From a virus (lineage: Duplodnaviria; Caudoviricetes): a stretch of 64,000 nucleotides of DNA. The translations under genes were made by a program, and so were the position numbers. Under the pieces are notes generated by a model, which ran no database searches, had not been told where the DNA came from, and saw nothing but the letters and a program-made list of their open reading frames with translations. Where the stretch lies: IMG/VR virus record IMGVR_UViG_3300009370_000001. One strand, given 5' to 3'. This document shows positions 9,793-19,756 of the stretch, piece by piece (positions within the stretch are counted from its first letter, which is position 1; each line of letters opens with the position of its first letter).

Positions 9793-10904
9793 TGAAGACG
9801 CCATTACGATACCCCGGCGGCAAATCCCGCGCCGTAAATGTAATCTTACCTCTCATCCCAGAAGACTGTGGGGAGCTTTGCTCCCCCTTTCTTGGGGGAG
9901 GATCGATTGAGATTGCAGCGGCCGAACGCGGGATGACTGTTCACGGGTATGATTTGTTTGCTCCCTTGGTATGGTTTTGGGAAGAGATATTAACTCGACC
10001 GGACAAGGTATCGAAACGCGCCCGCACTTATAGTGAAAATGTTGCGAATTACACGCCGCTTGAATACTGGGTAGACCGATGGAATCATTTCGCTGTTACT
10101 GCACCACTGTGTAAGAAAAACTGTCGCGTGCACAATAAAGAGAGCACGGTGTGGTGTAACGATCATGATAAATTGGAGAAATTGATTCGAGGCAATTTAA
10201 TCGGCATTTCGGAAGACACCTTCAGAAAGTGTCAAGCGCATTTAAAATCTATAATGAATACGAAGGGAAAGTCCACTATCGATAAGGCAGCACAACTTTT
10301 CGTAGTCAACAAGGCCGGCCGGTCGGGAGCCACTTTAAGTGGCGGCTATTCCTGGCGCGCCTCTTGGGATCGCTATAACGAATTACAACTACAAAGACTC
10401 TCAGAGTTTAAATTAGCAAACTTTAATGTGGGGCGCGCGGATTTTGACATTTCGATACGCAATCACCCTGCGGCCTTTTTATATCTCGATCCCCCTTATT
10501 ATCTGGAGGAAAAAAAGAATAAACTTTACGGGACAAACGGAAGTCTTCATGAGGGGTTTGATCATATACGACTGTATCAGGCTTTAAAATCAGTTGACAA
10601 CCCCTTCATTATGTCGTATAATCAAAGTAGCTTCATTAGAGCACTTTATGAAGAAATTGGTGCGACGTGCATCAACTTAGAAGATGCTTGGGCATATGGA
10701 ATGAACACTTCCAAAAAGTCTGATGAAATGATTGTAACAAACTTACCGGATGCGCAAATCAGAGCGCAGATAGAAGAAACACTTAACAAAGAAAAAGGAG
10801 AGCAAAATGCCGAGAAAGGCAAAACAAACGAAAGCAGGTCGTGTATCCATGCAGGAACTCATGACCCTAGTAAACAAGAAAGCGGGCCGCAATGTCGCCC
10901 ATGA
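9792..10904 (+). CDS. dam: DNA adenine methyltransferase (Dam/D12 class)
   Basis: MKTPLRYPGGKSR, SPFLGGGSI (SAM-binding), FLYLDPPY (catalytic). Confidence 0.9.
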   Translation: MKTPLRYPGGKSRAVNVILPLIPEDCGELCSPFLGGGSIEIAAAERGMTVHGYDLFAPLVWFWEEILTRPDKVSKRARTYSENVANYTPLEYWVDRWNHFAVTAPLCKKNCRVHNKESTVWCNDHDKLEKLIRGNLIGISEDTFRKCQAHLKSIMNTKGKSTIDKAAQLFVVNKAGRSGATLSGGYSWRASWDRYNELQLQRLSEFKLANFNVGRADFDISIRNHPAAFLYLDPPYYLEEKKNKLYGTNGSLHEGFDHIRLYQALKSVDNPFIMSYNQSSFIRALYEEIGATCINLEDAWAYGMNTSKKSDEMIVTNLPDAQIRAQIEETLNKEKGEQNAEKGKTNESRSCIHAGTHDPSKQESGPQCRP

Positions 10905-11955
10905 TCTAACGGGGGAGAACCCTACCGAAGTCAAGGAATGGATTCCCACAGGATCGCGCTGGCTTGACAGTATTATATGCAAAGGACACATTGGCGGCAT
11001 CCCTGTAGGGAAGGTCACAGAAATTGCAGGACTTACCTCCACAGGTAAATCTTATATGGCTGCGCAGATTGCAGCCAACGCCCAGAAAATGGACAAGCTC
11101 GTCGTATATTTTGATTCCGAGTCAGCCATTGACCCTGCTTTTTTGGAGGCAGCAGGTTGCGACCTAGAGCGCTTAATGTACGTTCAGGCATCGTCTGTCG
11201 AGTTTGTTCTTGAGACAATTGAAGAACTTCTAGGAGCAACCGACGAGAAGCTGCTATTGATTTGGGATTCTCTCGCATTCACTCCCGCAGTGTCGGATGT
11301 CGAAGGCGACTTTAATCCTCAATCCTCCATGGCAATGAAGGCACGCATCCTGGCGAAGGGAATGTCAAAGCTGACACTTCCTATTGCCGACAAGCAAGCA
11401 ACCTTCTTGGTTCTTAATCAGCTTAAGACCAACATTACTAGTGGGCCGATGGCACATATCACAGCCATGACTACTCCCTACATGACACCCGGCGGAAAGG
11501 CAATGCATTATTCTTATTCGCTGCGCATCTGGCTCACCGGACGCAAAGCTAAGAGCGCTTTCGTGATGGACGATAAAGGTTTCCGCATCGGCTCCGAAGT
11601 TAAAGTTCGACTAGAGAAGTCACGCTTTGGAACTCAAGGAAGAAACTGCGCTTTCCGCATTATGTGGGGCACCGATGAGGTTGGTATCCGTGATGAAGAA
11701 AGCTGGTTCGATGCTATTAAGACATCCGAATGTCTAACGTCTAAGGGGGCATGGTACACGCTAACCACACCAGACGGCTATAGCAAAAAGTTCCAGCCTT
11801 CAAAGTGGGCCGAGATCATTAAAACAGATAATGAATTTAGAGAGCAGGTCATCCGTCTAATGGATGAAGAAGTCATTCAACGATTTGATCGCCGCGAAGG
11901 AACCGCCGACGATTTTTACGAACCTTATGAAGAACAGGAGATTTCAAATGAATAA
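10807..11955 (+). CDS. recA: RecA/UvsX-like recombinase
   Basis: IPTGSRWLD, GIPVGKVTEIAGLTSTGKS (Walker A), FDSESA, IWDSLA, LNQLK, PGGKA, KVRLEKSRF. Confidence 0.95.
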   Translation: MPRKAKQTKAGRVSMQELMTLVNKKAGRNVAHDLTGENPTEVKEWIPTGSRWLDSIICKGHIGGIPVGKVTEIAGLTSTGKSYMAAQIAANAQKMDKLVVYFDSESAIDPAFLEAAGCDLERLMYVQASSVEFVLETIEELLGATDEKLLLIWDSLAFTPAVSDVEGDFNPQSSMAMKARILAKGMSKLTLPIADKQATFLVLNQLKTNITSGPMAHITAMTTPYMTPGGKAMHYSYSLRIWLTGRKAKSAFVMDDKGFRIGSEVKVRLEKSRFGTQGRNCAFRIMWGTDEVGIRDEESWFDAIKTSECLTSKGAWYTLTTPDGYSKKFQPSKWAEIIKTDNEFREQVIRLMDEEVIQRFDRREGTADDFYEPYEEQEISNE

Positions 11956-12271
11956 GATTATGATAGCAACCATGGCATGGTTGAGTAGCGCTTGCGTAGT
12001 GCATTCGCATCCCCATCCGCCACCCAAAGCGGCACCCCCGGCAGTCCACCGCCCAGCACCACCACCTCCTCGGGCCCACCAACCTCAACCGGTAAAGGTG
12101 AAGGCTTGGGTATGGGTCAAAGGACACCATAATGCACGCGGCGCGTGGGTTCATGGATATTGGGAGTTGCGCACTGTGCCGCGGCATATGATTAATCGCC
12201 ACCCGCACACTTACGTGCGCCATGTCAAAGGCCGCGGCAGACCGGTGCCGCCTGCACGCAGATATCGTTAA
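11948..12271 (+). CDS. Pro-rich lipoprotein with WxxGxW repeats
   Basis: MNKIMIATMAWLSSAC lipobox, Pro-rich linker, WVWVKGH...WVHGYW, basic tail; ATG 11948 overlaps the recA end. Confidence 0.6.
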   Translation: MNKIMIATMAWLSSACVVHSHPHPPPKAAPPAVHRPAPPPPRAHQPQPVKVKAWVWVKGHHNARGAWVHGYWELRTVPRHMINRHPHTYVRHVKGRGRPVPPARRYR

Positions 12272-12280
12272 AAAAACTAC

Positions 12281-12309
12281 TTGACACCGAGAGCCTTCTA
12301 TGTTATGTT
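12281..12309 (+). promoter_or_regulatory. Sigma70-type promoter
   Basis: TTGACA-17-TATGTT with TG extension. Confidence 0.65.
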
Positions 12310-12334
12310 ATATATAACAGGAGGGCTTTCTTGT

Positions 12335-13315
12335 ATGAAGAGAGTATTGATTATTGATGCGTTAAATGCTTATTTGCGCGCATATATTGTAGACCCCAGC
12401 ATTTCCACTAATGGAGAACCCATTGGGGGGATCAAGGGTTTTATTAAGATCTTGCAACGACATGTGCGCGAGACGAAACCCGATCAGATCGTGATCGTAT
12501 GGGATGGTCCCAACGGCTCGAAGAAGCGCAAGAGCACTGACAAAAACTATAAGGCCGGCCGCAAGCCTATTCGCTTAAATCGGGCTTTCCACAATCTTAC
12601 GGATGATGAAGAATTGCACAACAAGATGTGGCAGCAAAGTCGTGTGATTGAATACTTTAATCAAATGCCTATTGTACAGTTTATGATCCCTGAGATTGAA
12701 GCTGATGATGTGATTGCTTATCTTACACATATGCATTATTACAAGGGATGGCAGAAGATTATTATTTCTAATGATCGTGACTTTATGCAGCTATGCGATG
12801 ATGAAACGGTGTTGCTGCGACCCACCAAGAACGAGCTACTTAACAAGTCACGCATCATTGAACAGACCGGCATTCATCCGACTAACATGGCGTTGGCCCG
12901 AGCCATCGCTGGTGATGCCTCGGACAACCTCCCTGGTATCAAAGGCGCCGGATTGGCGACAGTAGGCAAAAGATTAAACTTTTTGAGCGATAGTAAATCT
13001 TACACCATTGATGAGGTGGTAGAATATTGCGGCAAAAGCAAAGCCAAGCTTAAGTTCTTCACCAACATCGCAGAGAACCAAAGTTTGATCGAACACAACT
13101 ACAAGATGATGCAACTGTATGCTCCGCAGATGTCAGTGCAGTCTAAACAACACGTTCAACACACTATTGAAAACTTTGAGTGCGAATTTAATAAAACTGA
13201 GATTATTGGTATGATGCGCGCCGATGGATTCGGCGAGTTAAATTGGGAAGTTCTTAAGGAAAACTTAAACAAGATCAATAAGGACTGTGTTGACGTCAAC
13301 AAAGAAATATTTTAA
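12335..13315 (+). CDS. 5'-3' exonuclease / T4 RNase H-like flap nuclease
   Basis: VLIIDALN, VWDG, YKAGR, EADDVIAY, ISNDRDFMQL, GDASDNLPGIKGAG; true start is ATG 12335 (track TTG 12281 is the -35 box). Confidence 0.9.
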   Translation: MKRVLIIDALNAYLRAYIVDPSISTNGEPIGGIKGFIKILQRHVRETKPDQIVIVWDGPNGSKKRKSTDKNYKAGRKPIRLNRAFHNLTDDEELHNKMWQQSRVIEYFNQMPIVQFMIPEIEADDVIAYLTHMHYYKGWQKIIISNDRDFMQLCDDETVLLRPTKNELLNKSRIIEQTGIHPTNMALARAIAGDASDNLPGIKGAGLATVGKRLNFLSDSKSYTIDEVVEYCGKSKAKLKFFTNIAENQSLIEHNYKMMQLYAPQMSVQSKQHVQHTIENFECEFNKTEIIGMMRADGFGELNWEVLKENLNKINKDCVDVNKEIF

Positions 13316-13322
13316 AATTGAT

Positions 13323-13350
13323 TTGACTTTAGCGCTCAATCAGTTATACT
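13323..13350 (+). promoter_or_regulatory. Sigma70-type promoter
   Basis: TTGACT-16-TATACT upstream of helicase. Confidence 0.55.
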
Positions 13351-13376
13351 TATAATACACCATCGAGAGGGAATGA

Positions 13377-14753
13377 ATGCTCACTGAAAATGTGAATTTT
13401 GGAAGGTACGGAAAAGCCTTCCAAGAGGGACTAGTACAACTTATTTTTGAAGACAGGCCGTTTGCGGATCAGATTACTGAAGTCCTCGATACACAGTTTT
13501 TAGAACTTGAATATTTACGCACATTTGTCTCAAAAGTAATAGATTATCGCACTAGATATAGCACCCACCCATCAGTAGAAGCTATGCTGACTATTCTGCG
13601 TACTGAGATGGATGGTGAAGACGAAGTACTCCAGAACCAAGTGCGGGAATATTTTGCACGTATTCATACGCGCGAGATGTCAGATATTGAATATATCAAA
13701 GAGACTTCTCTTGATTTTTGCCGCAAGCAAAACCTTAAAGAAGCCATGATGAAATCGGTAGGGCTCTTGCAGAACTGTTCGTTTGATGAGATCTCTACCG
13801 TTATTAATGATGCCCTTAAGCTTGGTTCGGAAAACAACTTTGGTTATGATTATCTCGCAGATTTTGAGGAGCGCTTTAAACTGAAGCACCGCGCTCCTGT
13901 TACCACTGGTTGGAAAGAGATTGATACCATTACTGGAGGTGGACTAGGCAAAAGCGAGCTAGGCGTCGTTATTGCGCCGACAGGTGCAGGAAAGTCTATG
14001 GCCCTTGTACACTTGGGCTCCCAAGCGATCAAAGAAGGAAAGACTGTTGTTCATTATACTTTAGAACTGCAGGATACTGTTATCGGCACTCGCTATGATA
14101 GCTGTATTACTGGTTATCCTCTTTCTGATATCCGTAATTTTAAAGACGATATCTATGAAGAGATCAAGGAACTCGATGGGGCGTTGATTGTAAAGGAATA
14201 TCCTACTAAATCAGCTACGACCAATACTATACGCTCTCACCTTGCACGACTTATTAAAAGAGATATCAAGCCCGGGCTTATCATTGTAGACTATGCGGAT
14301 CTGCTTAAGCCCGTAACCGTGCGCAAAGAAAAGCGCAACGAACTCGAATCAATTTATGAAGAGCTTCGCGCTCTCGCCACAGAATTCAAATGTCCGATTT
14401 GGACAGCTTCACAGACTAATCGTTCTGGACTTAACGCTGAAGTCATAACGATGGAACAGATTTCCGAAGCCTTTAACAAGTGTTTCGTTGCTGATTTTAT
14501 CTTTTCGATCTCGCGCACTATTGAAGATAAACAAAACAACCAAGGCAAAATCTTTATTGCCAAAAACCGTAATGGACCGGATGGCATTATTTATCCTATT
14601 TTTATGGATACTTCCAATGTCAAGATTCAAATCCTCCCCAAAGCACAGATGCCGACAATGGCCACCGGAGTTGCAACAAGCCCGGTCGCGTTGGGAGTAA
14701 AACAACAACAACAATTGTTGCGAGAAAAATATACAAAATTAAAAAGGAAATAA
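13377..14753 (+). CDS. dnaB: Replicative DNA helicase (DnaB / T4 gp41-like)
   Basis: APTGAGKS Walker A, YTLEL, IIVDYADLL, TASQTNR, IAKNRNGPDG. Confidence 0.9.
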   Translation: MLTENVNFGRYGKAFQEGLVQLIFEDRPFADQITEVLDTQFLELEYLRTFVSKVIDYRTRYSTHPSVEAMLTILRTEMDGEDEVLQNQVREYFARIHTREMSDIEYIKETSLDFCRKQNLKEAMMKSVGLLQNCSFDEISTVINDALKLGSENNFGYDYLADFEERFKLKHRAPVTTGWKEIDTITGGGLGKSELGVVIAPTGAGKSMALVHLGSQAIKEGKTVVHYTLELQDTVIGTRYDSCITGYPLSDIRNFKDDIYEEIKELDGALIVKEYPTKSATTNTIRSHLARLIKRDIKPGLIIVDYADLLKPVTVRKEKRNELESIYEELRALATEFKCPIWTASQTNRSGLNAEVITMEQISEAFNKCFVADFIFSISRTIEDKQNNQGKIFIAKNRNGPDGIIYPIFMDTSNVKIQILPKAQMPTMATGVATSPVALGVKQQQQLLREKYTKLKRK

Positions 14754-14757
14754 ACAA

Positions 14758-16722
14758 ATGAGAACCGCCGCTAACATCCGCAGATTTAGATTATCCGATG
14801 CATTCCTGGAGCCTTATAAAACTAAAGAGGTTCCATGGGGACCTATTGGTTATGTGACTTATAAACGCACCTATTCTCGCCGGCTCAATGAATTTGATCC
14901 AGAGTCCACAGGCTCTGAGGAGTGGTGGCAGACATGCAAAAGAGTTATTGAAGGAATGTTTGACATGCAGAAGCAGCACGTATTCTTGCTGGGTCTCGAA
15001 TGGAACGATGGCAAAGCCCAGCGTACCGCCAAGGACGCCTATGACCGCCTCTTCAGTCTGAAATGGACACCCCCGGGCCGCGGCTTGTGGATGATGGGTA
15101 CCAAGTTTGTAGAAGAGAAGACTGCCGCAGGACTTTTTAACTGCGCTTTCCGTTCTACTAAAGACCTCTCGCACAAGGGTGGTTATCTCTTTGCGTGGAT
15201 GATGGATGCATTGATGCTTGGAATTGGTGTAGGGTTCGACACCGAAGGAGCCGGTAGCTTGACGGTCCACGAACCGAGCTATACTAATGATAAGCTCGTT
15301 ATTGACGATTCTCGTGAAGGATGGGTGGACTCGGTTCATCTATTGCTGGATGGATTTTTCTTTGGCAGCAAAGTACCGAAGTTTGATTATTCGGCTATTC
15401 GCCCAGAAGGAGCACTCATCGCTGGTTTCGGTGGTACCTCTAGTGGTGCGGCGCCCCTTAAAGAATTACACCAAAGTTTGATTGAACACTATACCGAGCG
15501 GATTGGAGAGCCTATCACATCCGTTGATATTGTAGACACCGAAAACCTCATCGGTCGATGTGTGGTATCGGGCAACGTGCGCCGTTCGGCTGCGCTAGCA
15601 ATGGGGCGTCACGATGACAGATTATACTTGGAGATGAAAAACGATCAAGAAAAACTGTACCACCATCGATGGGGCTCAAACAACTCTTTTAATGCTGTAG
15701 TCGGCATGGACTATAGCTGGCACGCAGAACAAAGTCAGAAGAACGGAGAGCCTGGATATATTTGGCTCGATAATGCTCGTACTCGTGGAAGATTTAAAGA
15801 CGGCGAGCGACTTGATGACATTAACGTTGCCGGCTTTAACCCATGCGTGGAACAACAACTAGAAGATGCAGAGTTGTGTTGCTTGGTCGAGACATTCCCA
15901 GCGATGCATGATAATTTAGAAGACTACTTACGCACATTAAAGATTGCATATTTATACGGAAAGACGATTACTCTTTCAAACACACACTGGCCTGAGACAA
16001 ACGCCAAGATGCTGAAGAACCGCCGTATTGGCTTGTCCCAATCAGGGGTTGTGCAGGCTTTTAACAAACACGGCCGCCGGCAAATGTATGAATGGTGTGA
16101 CCGTGGTTACGAATACGTCAGCGAACTAGATGAAGAATATTCCAACTGGCTGTGTATTCCTAAGTCAATTCGTACCACTTCTATTAAGCCCTCTGGAACA
16201 GTGTCTCTTCTTAATGGATCGACCCCGGGCATTCATTTTCCGGAGAGCGAACATTATATTCGACGCATTCGCTTTTCTCACACCTCTCAAGTCTTAGACA
16301 GACTTAAAGCAGCCGGGTATCATATCGAAGAGGATGCTTACTCTCCCAACACAATGGTTGTGGAGTTTCCCGTGCACGAACCTTATTTTACAAAGAGCAA
16401 AAAAGAGGTTACGATGTGGGAGCAGCTTGAAATCGCAGCCCAATACCAACATTATTGGGCCGACAATTCAGTCTCCGTAACTGTGACCTTTAATGAAGAA
16501 GAGTCCCTGCAGCTTAAGGATGCTCTGGAAATGTATGAAACGCGCTTGAAAGCGGTTTCATTTTTGAAATATAGTGAAACCGGTTATAAGCAAGCCCCTT
16601 ATGAATCGATTACTAAAGAAAAATACGAGAAAATGATTAAGAAAATTAAGCCTCTCCAACGCATGGATACCGAGGGAGGCGCAGGAACCAAGTTTTGTAC
16701 AAATGACACATGTGAAATTTAA
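14758..16722 (+). CDS. nrdJ: Class II (B12-dependent, monomeric RTPR-type) ribonucleotide reductase
   Basis: TPPGRGLW, FNCAF, GNVRRSA, NPCVEQ, SIKPSGTVS, C-terminal CTNDTC. Confidence 0.9.
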   Translation: MRTAANIRRFRLSDAFLEPYKTKEVPWGPIGYVTYKRTYSRRLNEFDPESTGSEEWWQTCKRVIEGMFDMQKQHVFLLGLEWNDGKAQRTAKDAYDRLFSLKWTPPGRGLWMMGTKFVEEKTAAGLFNCAFRSTKDLSHKGGYLFAWMMDALMLGIGVGFDTEGAGSLTVHEPSYTNDKLVIDDSREGWVDSVHLLLDGFFFGSKVPKFDYSAIRPEGALIAGFGGTSSGAAPLKELHQSLIEHYTERIGEPITSVDIVDTENLIGRCVVSGNVRRSAALAMGRHDDRLYLEMKNDQEKLYHHRWGSNNSFNAVVGMDYSWHAEQSQKNGEPGYIWLDNARTRGRFKDGERLDDINVAGFNPCVEQQLEDAELCCLVETFPAMHDNLEDYLRTLKIAYLYGKTITLSNTHWPETNAKMLKNRRIGLSQSGVVQAFNKHGRRQMYEWCDRGYEYVSELDEEYSNWLCIPKSIRTTSIKPSGTVSLLNGSTPGIHFPESEHYIRRIRFSHTSQVLDRLKAAGYHIEEDAYSPNTMVVEFPVHEPYFTKSKKEVTMWEQLEIAAQYQHYWADNSVSVTVTFNEEESLQLKDALEMYETRLKAVSFLKYSETGYKQAPYESITKEKYEKMIKKIKPLQRMDTEGGAGTKFCTNDTCEI

Positions 16723-16734
16723 AGTGGAGGATAT

Positions 16735-17013
16735 GTGATAAAACCCGTTAATAGATATATTCAGATTACACAGCCTGAATTAGAAACCCAAGCAGAATCT
16801 CAGATTTTGTTACCGGCAGACTTTAAGCCGGAAGAAGAACGCTACAAGGTAGTAACCATTGAATCTTGGGCGCCCGATGTTCGCTTCGCCGATCAACTAG
16901 AAATACAGTGTCGGGCTGTTGTGGACGCTTCAATGATAGAAGAAATAAAGGTGCAAAATGGACGAATTACTGTTGTTCAAGATAATTATGTTATAGCAAT
17001 TTTAACTGAATGA
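16735..17013 (+). CDS. groES: GroES-like co-chaperonin
   Basis: MIKPVNRYI, mobile-loop-like SQILLP, C-terminal VVQDNYVIAIL; 92 aa. Confidence 0.7.
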   Translation: MIKPVNRYIQITQPELETQAESQILLPADFKPEEERYKVVTIESWAPDVRFADQLEIQCRAVVDASMIEEIKVQNGRITVVQDNYVIAILTE

Positions 17014-17029
17014 CAGGAAACACACTTAT

Positions 17030-17986
17030 ATGCCCATTGACAAAAACTTTTATAATCAGTCGTCTGCAGCCAATTTGGGGTGGGATCCCTCGTGGTTTAC
17101 TGAAAAATACTACGATGATAAATTGGTTCGAGCCGTTAAAAAATGGCAAAAGGAGCGAGGTCTCACGCCTGATGGCTTAGTGGGTCCAATGACATTTCGT
17201 CGTATTTGGACGGAAAGACAATCAAATATTGATGAGCATAAGCCATCGACGCCAAGCTATTCTAATTATATTGTTTATAATGGAAACTTTATTCCTATTG
17301 ACTGGGATAAGGTAGTATTGTGGTCGGAGAATGGGGGACTGAAGGCAAAGCCAGGGAGCCACTACGATTACAGTGGTCGACCCGGCCGAGCAATTCGCTA
17401 TTTTGTTAATCATTGGGATGTCTGCTTAAATTCTCGCGCCTGCCAACAGGTGCTAGACAATCGAGGAATTTCAGTTCATTTTCTAATTGATAATGACGGG
17501 ACGATTTACCAGACTATTGATATGCAACATGGTTGCTGGCATGCGGGAAGCGAGAGGGCCAACCGGGCGTCGGTGGGGGTAGAGATTTCTAATGCTTATT
17601 ACCCTAAATATCAAGAGTGGTATGTGCGGAATGGCTACGGAGAACGTCCGATGCTCGAAGGGGTAAGATGCCAAGGAGAGGAGTTGGATTCTTTTATGGG
17701 GTTCTACCCAGCCCAAATTAGGGCGCTTAAGCAATTGTGGAAAGCCATTCATCATGGGCTGAACATTCCTTATACTGCGCCCCAGAACCAGTTCAATAAT
17801 ACAGCGAGCAAGTATGTACAGGATGTTAAGTACGGAGATTTTCGTGGCTTTGTAAGTCACTACCACGTTTCTAAGAACAAGATTGATTGTGCAGGCTTAG
17901 ATATCAAGACTATTCTTGAAGAGGTTGAAGAAGAGGAAGCAACTGGATATAATAGTGCCAGCGCCGTGTGTGAAGATCGTTCATGA
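17030..17986 (+). CDS. Endolysin: peptidoglycan-binding domain plus N-acetylmuramoyl-L-alanine amidase
   Basis: VKKWQKERGLTPDGLVGPMT PG-binding motif; VNHW, SVHFLIDNDGTIYQ, WHAG, SVGVEI, SHYHVSKNKIDC amidase_2 motifs. Confidence 0.85.
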   Translation: MPIDKNFYNQSSAANLGWDPSWFTEKYYDDKLVRAVKKWQKERGLTPDGLVGPMTFRRIWTERQSNIDEHKPSTPSYSNYIVYNGNFIPIDWDKVVLWSENGGLKAKPGSHYDYSGRPGRAIRYFVNHWDVCLNSRACQQVLDNRGISVHFLIDNDGTIYQTIDMQHGCWHAGSERANRASVGVEISNAYYPKYQEWYVRNGYGERPMLEGVRCQGEELDSFMGFYPAQIRALKQLWKAIHHGLNIPYTAPQNQFNNTASKYVQDVKYGDFRGFVSHYHVSKNKIDCAGLDIKTILEEVEEEEATGYNSASAVCEDRS

Positions 17987-18857
17987 ATATGAAGAAATAG
18001 TAATTGGGAGTAATTTAACCGCAGTTTTATATGCCTTTAGCAATAAGTTGCCCCTTTTTTTCACTCGTCTGCAACAGCCTTTTCGCTTTGATTATTTAGA
18101 CACGCACCTAGATATCGCTTGTGTGGGAATGGAAAATCGTACTCGCGAGCTTCTTACTCACCATGGCAAGATTAACGTTGGGCTGCCCAAAAAATTGCTT
18201 TGGGAGCGATTGTTGTTTATAATTTCCCTGGCAGGCAGGGCGCCCCTAAGCACTCTTTGTCAGAGCATTAGACATAATGGCGAATCTCTGATTTGTTCTA
18301 ACGAGTACTCAAAAATAGCTGAAGTTAAATTTCAAAAAGCTTATTATTTTGGAGACGATAATTGTTCTGGCTTAGTTAATGAAAAAAGAGTTGCCAATCC
18401 TTCATATATGTGCTATGATTGGATAGCATTCAATCGTGGAGGAAAGCATGAAATCGATCTTATCGAAACCACAGACAGCTTTGTCAAGCAAATCTGGTTT
18501 TATCCTACAGATCGCGTTGATGGCAACTCTCCTATCAAGGATGCTTGCTTAGTTTCCACGCTCACCAAAGAAGAACTACTAGATTTTGATTACTCCCAAA
18601 CGATGGCGAGATTTAAGATGATAGCAGAGATGAGAGACAGAGAAATGAGAGGACCGTTTAATGGCTATTCCCCTGCGGGCAATCCGAAATATTATAATTT
18701 TAGAACTTCTATCATCGGCCGCGAGACAAGCAAGAAATCGGCGCGCCCACGAGCCTCCCTCTCTACGGTTGAGGTTTCAACCATTCAAGAAGAAACTTTG
18801 CTCGAAGATTTACCACAGGCTTGTGTGGGATACGATAGACTTTTAGAGAACTTATGA
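17970..18857 (+). CDS. Hypothetical protein with degenerate Rossmann-like N-terminus
   Basis: YEEIVIGSNLTAVLYA resembles a beta-alpha dinucleotide-binding start without GxGxxG; probable GTG 17970 (track 17916). Confidence 0.35.
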   Translation: MKIVHEYEEIVIGSNLTAVLYAFSNKLPLFFTRLQQPFRFDYLDTHLDIACVGMENRTRELLTHHGKINVGLPKKLLWERLLFIISLAGRAPLSTLCQSIRHNGESLICSNEYSKIAEVKFQKAYYFGDDNCSGLVNEKRVANPSYMCYDWIAFNRGGKHEIDLIETTDSFVKQIWFYPTDRVDGNSPIKDACLVSTLTKEELLDFDYSQTMARFKMIAEMRDREMRGPFNGYSPAGNPKYYNFRTSIIGRETSKKSARPRASLSTVEVSTIQEETLLEDLPQACVGYDRLLENL

Positions 18858-19756
18858 GCGATGGGCGGCACACACATCTAGCCGGTATTATACCGCTAGC
18901 TAACCTGACTACTGATTTTGATCTCCCCACTCCGGAGTGCCTCACGCCTGTGGATCCTGGCTTCACCGCCATCCAAAAAGCAGTGTTTGAATGTGCTGTC
19001 GCAGGATGTCAGACCATATGGATTGTGGCCAACGACGATTTGGCACCTTTAGTAAAGAAAGTGGTTGGAGAGTGGACATATGATCCCGTTTATTACTCGC
19101 GCTCTCACAGCATCTTTCCCAGCGAGCATCGTAAAGAGATCCCTATATATTATGTGCCTATCCACCCCAAAGATCGCGACCGCCGCGATTCTTATGGATG
19201 GTCAGTGCTGCATGGCATTAATTCTGCGTGGAGGGTAGCTAATATTATTTCGCGGTGGGTCGTTCCCGATAAGTATTTTGTCACATTTCCAATGAGTGCG
19301 TATAATGTCTATGCCCTCAGAAATTTCCGGGCAAAAATTTCAGATTTTGAAAATAACTTTTTTTTAACTCACAATGGCAAAACTGTAAAGGATAATGAAC
19401 ACTTGGCGTTTACTATGTTTAGTGAAGACTTCATTCACTGCCGTCGCCATGTGAACAAAACTACGACAAGAGAATACTTAAATCCTGGGCCCGATGAAAA
19501 ATACCCCCAAGAAAAACTACCACTCGCAAAAAGGTGGTCTGCCAGAGGGTTTGACTTCGCTACTATTTTTGAGAAGATTAATGAAAAGAATTCATACAAA
19601 ATGGACATAGATTGGTATTATGACATTTCCAAATGGTCAGAATATCAAGCCTTTATGGGTTCAGAAAATTTCATACAAAAACCATCAAATAGCTTGACAA
19701 AGGCGCATACACATGTTAAATTACCATATAGAGAGGGAGAAATAGATGACGATTAA
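18854..19756 (+). CDS. Sugar-nucleotidyltransferase (NTP_transferase)-like protein
   Basis: LAGIIPLA...ECLTPV...AIQKAVFECAVAGCQTIWIV matches the N-terminal fold pattern; GxGTR signature absent. Confidence 0.55.
   Translation: MSDGRHTHLAGIIPLANLTTDFDLPTPECLTPVDPGFTAIQKAVFECAVAGCQTIWIVANDDLAPLVKKVVGEWTYDPVYYSRSHSIFPSEHRKEIPIYYVPIHPKDRDRRDSYGWSVLHGINSAWRVANIISRWVVPDKYFVTFPMSAYNVYALRNFRAKISDFENNFFLTHNGKTVKDNEHLAFTMFSEDFIHCRRHVNKTTTREYLNPGPDEKYPQEKLPLAKRWSARGFDFATIFEKINEKNSYKMDIDWYYDISKWSEYQAFMGSENFIQKPSNSLTKAHTHVKLPYREGEIDDD
19694..19722 (+). promoter_or_regulatory. Sigma70-type promoter for dnaE
   Basis: TTGACA-17-TAAATT with TG extension, inside the upstream gene's 3' end. Confidence 0.6.

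Noticed and set aside
12281-12334. Track start codons lying inside promoters (12281, 43921, 46162, 47451, 52747, 57523, 58971)
   Set aside because: They overlap -35/-10 boxes or the spacer; downstream ATGs, most with an RBS, are the likelier starts (43921 was kept as the coordinate because the alternative start is unclear).
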